A stretch of 64,000 bases of DNA from Patescibacteria group bacterium (lineage in GTDB: Bacteria > Patescibacteriota > Minisyncoccia > Phycocordibacterales > UBA918): the NCBI GenBank assembly GCA_039188945.1, contig JBCCYW010000002.1:26449-90448 (forward strand), in the 5' to 3' direction. The position numbers were made by a program, and so were the translations under genes. Below are positions 59,279-64,000 of the stretch, piece by piece. How positions within the stretch are numbered: the stretch's first letter is position 1; the number at the start of each line of letters is the position of its first letter. Under the pieces are notes generated by a model. It was not told where the DNA came from, did no database searches, and worked only from the letters and a program-made list of their open reading frames with translations.

Positions 59279-59398
59279 AAACCTATTCTAGCACAACCAA
59301 AAAACCGCATGGCGCGGCCTTTGGTGACTAGATTGAGTTGTTATTCACGAATCTGCTCTTGGAAATGAGCAGATTCGGAAATAAGCTAGCAATAGCCG

Positions 59399-60007
59399 TT
59401 ACTCTCCTTTGTTAAGCTTAATCGCTTCGTACATCACGCGCTCTTGTGCAGTCGCGTAGTCGTGGATTTCTTTATCATCAAACCAAATCTGGACTTCTCG
59501 TTCAGCTTCTTCCACTGATTCAGACTGATGAATGAGGTTTTTGACACCACGGTCTTCGAGGGTCGCGTGTGAGTAGGAGTCGATAGAATAGTCGCCACGA
59601 ATAGTTCCAATATCAGCAGTGGTTGGTTCGGTGGTACCAACCGTGCGAGTCACGATAGATACCGCTTGATTGCCCTGAAGCACAAGCGCTACTACTGGAG
59701 ATTCGGTCATGTAGCGAACGACTGTACGAATGATATCTTTTCCGTATTCAATCGCTTCTTTATCGATATCGCGACCTTGTGACTTAAGATCTTCAACTAC
59801 CCCTTCGCCTTTGCGCTGGTACCAAGCGTCGTCTTTGTTGTAGTGATCAAGGAGCTGCTCCTCGGTTGGCCACACCATCTTCATGCCGGTGATCTTGAGA
59901 CCCTTCTGTTCAAAACGCTTAATAATTTCACCGACTAAGCTGCGTTGTACCGCATCGGTTTTTAAGAGAACGAGTGATCGCTCTTCGTGTGCTTCTCGTG
60001 ATGACAT
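59399..60007 (-). CDS. ndk: Nucleoside diphosphate kinase
   Basis: ERSLVLLKTDAVQR, GTIRGDY, NLIHQS. Confidence 0.92.
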   Translation of the reverse strand: MSSREAHEERSLVLLKTDAVQRSLVGEIIKRFEQKGLKITGMKMVWPTEEQLLDHYNKDDAWYQRKGEGVVEDLKSQGRDIDKEAIEYGKDIIRTVVRYMTESPVVALVLQGNQAVSIVTRTVGTTEPTTADIGTIRGDYSIDSYSHATLEDRGVKNLIHQSESVEEAEREVQIWFDDKEIHDYATAQERVMYEAIKLNKGE

Positions 60008-60075
60008 AAAAAAATTACTATCTCCAAATTTGTGCCGGCAGTATACCGCACTGATAGGTGAACACAACCCTATTT

Positions 60076-60846
60076 CTAAATTGTAAGAGGCTCAGGACCG
60101 TTCTCAGTAATCGCCACTGTATGTTCAAACTGAGCGCTCAGAGAGCCGTCTTTAGTAGTCACCGTATAGCCATCGCCATCGTCATCAAAAATTACGTCGG
60201 GTTTACCAATATTTACAATTGGTTCAATCGCATAGACGTGCCCCACCTCAATCAGCGGGCCCTCACCAGGACGACCGAAGTTAGGAATAGTTGGTTCTTC
60301 ATGCACACTGTAGCCCACACCATGTCCTGCCAGGGCTTCCACCACTGAAAATCCTTTGCTTTCAACAAATTTCTGAACGGCATGTGAGATATCACCAATA
60401 TGATTACCAGGCTGAGCCGCTTTGACACCAATCGCGCGCGCTTCTCGAGTAACATCTATCAGTTTCTGGGCGTCTTTGCTGATCTCCCCCACACCGACGG
60501 TAATACCCGAGTCTACTACCATGTCTTTGTGTCCAATCGACATATCAATATTAATAATGTCACCTTCAGCCAAAACGGTATGATCGTTTGGAATACCATG
60601 CTGTACTACCTCATTGACTGAAAGACAAGTAGCTGCTGGATAGGGTGTAGGGGCAAAGCTTGGATGATAGCCAAGCAAAATTGGTTCAACCTCATGCTGT
60701 TCAGCCAGCTGTTGCGCCACATCATCTAGATCAAGGGTGGTCACGCCCGGCACCGCTTCTTTGGCGATACCTTTGAGAATCTTCGCTAAAATACTCCCAG
60801 CTTCACGCAGTACTTCGATTTCTTCGGGTGACTTTTTGGTGATCAT
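60076..60846 (-). CDS. map: Methionine aminopeptidase type I
   Basis: SVNEVVQHGIP, GHGVG..VHEEP, SAQFEHT. Confidence 0.96.
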   Translation of the reverse strand: MITKKSPEEIEVLREAGSILAKILKGIAKEAVPGVTTLDLDDVAQQLAEQHEVEPILLGYHPSFAPTPYPAATCLSVNEVVQHGIPNDHTVLAEGDIINIDMSIGHKDMVVDSGITVGVGEISKDAQKLIDVTREARAIGVKAAQPGNHIGDISHAVQKFVESKGFSVVEALAGHGVGYSVHEEPTIPNFGRPGEGPLIEVGHVYAIEPIVNIGKPDVIFDDDGDGYTVTTKDGSLSAQFEHTVAITENGPEPLTI

Positions 60847-60931
60847 AGGTAGATAGTGAAGTCTTAATGGTAATTAGATATTTGCTGGCGCCCCAGCACA
60901 GACCATATCATTATAAAGATTTGTATCAAAT

Positions 60932-61528
60932 CTACGACAACTGTAAAGCAGCAGCAATCTGCTGATGTACTGCTTCAATAGTAGCTGTTCCATCGATATT
61001 GTGAACGGTGGTATTGGCTCGTTCATTAAAGTGATCAACCACTGGCAACGTTTCTTCTCGATACCACTTGAGGCGGGCTTCAATTGATTCAGGCGTATCA
61101 TCGGCTCGCGCTCTCCCTTCCATGCGAGTCCGTACCACCTCCTCTGGCGTATCAAGGTTAATCACATCAACGTGCGGTCGTTTATAGAAATCGAGCGCCC
61201 CCTCTAAAACGCGTGCTTCGCGGACTGTCCGCGGGAAGCCGTCAATCAATACGTGGCACGTTTCATCAAGATGCTCACGCATCGCATCACCCCACAACGA
61301 AACTGAGAGGAAGAGTGGTTGCAATACACCGGTATCGAGCGTCTCTTGAATATGCTTTTCGGTGTACCCTTCGCCTTTGGCGGCCATCGCACGGAAGCGA
61401 CGTCCGGTCTGGATGTCAACAACGTTGTTGGTTGGATCAGCTGCTTTCAGCACGGCATTGAGTTTCTCAATCTGGGTTCCCTTACCGCTTCCCTGAGGAC
61501 CAATAAAGATGATGGTTTTTGGTTGCAT
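60932..61528 (-). CDS. adk: Adenylate kinase (short LID)
   Basis: GPQGSGKGTQ, DGFPR, RADD. Confidence 0.88.
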   Translation of the reverse strand: MQPKTIIFIGPQGSGKGTQIEKLNAVLKAADPTNNVVDIQTGRRFRAMAAKGEGYTEKHIQETLDTGVLQPLFLSVSLWGDAMREHLDETCHVLIDGFPRTVREARVLEGALDFYKRPHVDVINLDTPEEVVRTRMEGRARADDTPESIEARLKWYREETLPVVDHFNERANTTVHNIDGTATIEAVHQQIAAALQLS

Positions 61529-61533
61529 ATAAA

Positions 61534-62100
61534 TTAGGTAATTTTTTCTACTATCTCTTTAAAGACATCTTCGGCTGGTTGAGAAGCGTCGACCGTAAAG
61601 AAATCTGCTCGTTCTTTAAAATAATTAACCGACTGCATAGTCTCGCTTTCAAACGCTTCTCGACGTTGTTGAATTTTTTCTTTCACGTCGTAACCCGGTC
61701 GATTACGAGCCAGTAAGCGCTCTTCAAGCACCGACTCATCGGCCTCAAGCAGAACAACCACATAGGAACGTTCAGTGGCCTGGTGAATTTCATGTAGCTT
61801 GCGAGCCTCTTCTGGTTTTCTAGCCACACTCTCAAACACAACACCAGTATCAACACAGTCTTCGATCAAGACTTTCACTAAGAAGTAACTAGCAAGCCAC
61901 TCTGGAATCCAACCACGAGTATGAATACTTTCAATAAGACGTCCGAGTGGTGAATCAAGCGCGGCTGTCTCGCGTGCTTTATCTCCAGTAGAGAAAATAC
62001 AGTAGTTGAAATGCTCGGCCAGGTGCTTTGCTTGTGTTCCTTTACCTGTGCCCGCATGTCCCATTAATACGATGCTTTCGTACTTCGTTTTTTGCTCCAT
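61534..62100 (-). CDS. Divergent adenylate-kinase-family paralog
   Basis: GHAGTGKGTQ, STGD; DGFPR replaced by ESVAR. Confidence 0.8.
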   Translation of the reverse strand: MEQKTKYESIVLMGHAGTGKGTQAKHLAEHFNYCIFSTGDKARETAALDSPLGRLIESIHTRGWIPEWLASYFLVKVLIEDCVDTGVVFESVARKPEEARKLHEIHQATERSYVVVLLEADESVLEERLLARNRPGYDVKEKIQQRREAFESETMQSVNYFKERADFFTVDASQPAEDVFKEIVEKIT

Positions 62101-62164
62101 AACCTCACTAGTCTACTAAGTATTATGATGAACGCAACAAAAGCGCCATGCTATCCTTAAAACC

Positions 62165-62794
62165 ATGGCAAAGGCGCAGATCATCACCATTTCTGGTAAA
62201 CCAGGGAGCGGCAAATCCTCAACGGCCGACCGCGTAGCCGAGATGCTTGGGTTCACCCGACACTCCTCAGGTGATTTTGTACGTAAATTTGTAAAAGAAA
62301 AAGGCATGACGCTCAAAGAGTACAACGACCATGCTATGGATAATCACAGCCTGGATGAGCGAGTGGATGAAATGCTGCGAGAACTGCGAGATCATAGCGA
62401 GATTATTATCGATTCACGACTTGGTTTTTATTGGATTCCAGAGTCCTTTAAGGTCTATCTTGATCTTGATATGCAGGTAGCGGCAGCCCGTATTTTTAAA
62501 GATGCTGTATCGAATATTGGTCGCTCAAAGTCTGGCTTGGCTGGCTCGATTGGTGAAGTTAATAATCAAGTGAAACAGCGAATGCAAAACGAACGACTCC
62601 GGTTTCGCAGACGCTACGGAGTAGACCCCTACAACTCAGAGCACTTTGACCTCATTGTTGACACCTCACGTCATAGCCCCGAGACCGTTGCTCTCACTGT
62701 CTTTGATAATTACAAAAAGTGGCTAGAATCGGAGAATTGGTCACAAGTACGTAGCTCAGTGCCGATGGGCTACTCGTTTAAGAATCAGTACTAA
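62165..62794 (+). CDS. cmk: Cytidylate kinase (archaeal-type short form)
   Basis: ITISGKPGSGKS, IIDSRL, RYGVD. Confidence 0.82.
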   Translation: MAKAQIITISGKPGSGKSSTADRVAEMLGFTRHSSGDFVRKFVKEKGMTLKEYNDHAMDNHSLDERVDEMLRELRDHSEIIIDSRLGFYWIPESFKVYLDLDMQVAAARIFKDAVSNIGRSKSGLAGSIGEVNNQVKQRMQNERLRFRRRYGVDPYNSEHFDLIVDTSRHSPETVALTVFDNYKKWLESENWSQVRSSVPMGYSFKNQY

Positions 62795-62795
62795 A

Positions 62796-62838
62796 AAAAC
62801 CAAAAGGCCGGCAGCGGAGCTGCCGGCCTTTTGGTTTT
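62796..62838. terminator. Bidirectional terminator between cmk and secY
   Basis: AAAACCAAAAGGCCGGCAGC-GGA-GCTGCCGGCCTTTTGGTTTT. Confidence 0.85.
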
Positions 62839-62867
62839 GTTTGCTTCCCTGTTTATGAGGGAGCTAG

Positions 62868-62972
62868 TAAATCGTTTTAGACGAGGCGCGCAAAGCAAAT
62901 GGAGCCGAGTCGTATAGAGACATACGACGAGCGCCCATTTGTCTGCAGCGCAACAAAGTATTAAACGATTTA
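62868..62972. repeat. TA-bounded imperfect palindromic (REP/MITE-like) element at the secY stop
   Basis: TAAATCGTTT...AAACGATTTA termini with nested GCGC, CAAATGG/CCATTTG and TCGTAT/ATACGA stems. Confidence 0.7.
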
Positions 62973-64000
62973 ATACTCCCTCATCGAAGCTTGGGCATCA
63001 AGACGACGGATAAGATCAAGCACCACTGACACCACAATCAGAAGCGCGGTTCCTCCAATTGCGAGCGCAGTCACACCAGTGGCAATTTGCATACCAACTG
63101 GCAAGACAGCGACGAGCGCGAGGAAGGTTGCACCAACCAACGTGAGGCGAGTAATCAAGTTCCCAAGATACTCGGCCGTCATGCCACCAGGACGAATTCC
63201 TGGGATGAACGCACCGTTACGTTGAAGATTCTTTGAGATCGCATCTGGGTCAAACGTCACTGCGGTGTAGAAGAAGGTGAAGAGGAAGACCAAGATGAAG
63301 TAGGTTGCTCCATATGCGACTGGATTGTTCAAGAAAGCCGTCACCAACTCATTTGCTTGCGTAGTCCAACCGAGATTGAACGCACTCAAGATATTAAGCA
63401 CCATCTGCGGGAAGAGCAAGATTGAGAGGGCAAAGATGATCGGAATCACACCTGCCTGGTTGAGGCGTAGTGGTAGGTATGAACTGCTACCACCGTAGGT
63501 AGAACCGCCCCGACTTTGCTTCGCGTAGGTGATAGGCACCGGACGCTCAGCTTCAGTCATCACCACCACCGCGTAGGTAACCAGCAACGTGAGAATTACG
63601 AAGCCAATGTAGAGCGGTAACTGCGATGGGTCGAATGAGAAGAGGAGCTGACTCAGAGTCGCTGGAAGACCAGCCACGATACCGGCAAAGATAATGATCG
63701 AAACACCATTACCAATACCAAATTCAGTCACCAACTCACCGATCCACATAAGAAGCATCGAACCAGCCACCACGAGCACCACGTTTACCGCGAACTCGAA
63801 GGTTGAAAGGCCGGCAATGACACCCTGACTCTGCAAGAGCGTCAGGAAGCCAAACGCCTGCAGGATAGCCAGTGGCAACGTAAGCATACGGCTGTACTGC
63901 GTAAATCTAGCTCGGCCAGCTTCTCCTTCTTCGGTATAGAGACTCTTGAGCTTCGGGCTCATCACTGTCATCAATTGCATGATGATTGAGGCAGTAATAA
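62970..64000 (-). CDS. secY: Preprotein translocase SecY (5' part outside window)
   Basis: GIGNGVS, AGVIPIIFA, FIPGIRPG, GGTALLIVV. Confidence 0.97.
   Translation of the reverse strand, partial: ITASIIMQLMTVMSPKLKSLYTEEGEAGRARFTQYSRMLTLPLAILQAFGFLTLLQSQGVIAGLSTFEFAVNVVLVVAGSMLLMWIGELVTEFGIGNGVSIIIFAGIVAGLPATLSQLLFSFDPSQLPLYIGFVILTLLVTYAVVVMTEAERPVPITYAKQSRGGSTYGGSSSYLPLRLNQAGVIPIIFALSILLFPQMVLNILSAFNLGWTTQANELVTAFLNNPVAYGATYFILVFLFTFFYTAVTFDPDAISKNLQRNGAFIPGIRPGGMTAEYLGNLITRLTLVGATFLALVAVLPVGMQIATGVTALAIGGTALLIVVSVVLDLIRRLDAQASMREY

Noticed and set aside
59030-59368. ORFs 59030-59368 and 59071-59253
   Set aside because: The region is better explained by a - strand structured RNA with promoter and terminator
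1-64000. CRISPR array, cas genes, reverse transcriptase (retron/DGR) or IS transposase
   Set aside because: No regularly spaced repeats and no such protein motifs seen by eye
1-64000. Alternative genetic code 25 (TGA=Gly)
   Set aside because: Conserved genes are full length under code 11 and several end at TGA

Overview
This window looks like a chromosome segment of a Patescibacteria (CPR, Parcubacteria-like) bacterium. This is inferred from gene content and order; the genetic code is standard (TGA is a stop). Core content: a type IV pilus/competence cluster (pilM-N-O-P-like, pilB, receiver protein, pilT, pilC, pilins, pilD, divergent comF), RND and MacAB-like exporters, a zinc-responsive yciC/cooC-like/zur locus, malic enzyme, recG, ftsH, smpB and tmRNA, infC-rpmI-rplT, a beta-CASP nuclease, ndk, map, two adk-like genes, cmk and the 3' part of secY. 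RNA genes: tRNA-Ser(GCT), tRNA-Ile(TAT), tmRNA and a 6S-like RNA. Most unusual: (1) an intact tRNA-Ile sits inside a TA-bounded hairpin element inserted in the anticodon loop of an older, fragmented tRNA-Ile, and the tRNA-Ser locus shows similar layering. (2) A ~6.6 kb AT-rich serine-recombinase island at the tmRNA 3' end carries a TIM-barrel-like + PIN + PD-(D/E)XK module, a TerS-like gene and a Fic gene. (3) A scattered class of orphan genes has very strong Shine-Dalgarno sites, unlike the SD-less core genes. It includes alphaproteobacterial-type GcrA, two ACP-like proteins and small peptides, possibly a host-manipulation repertoire. All family calls come from motif recognition by eye; no database searches were run.
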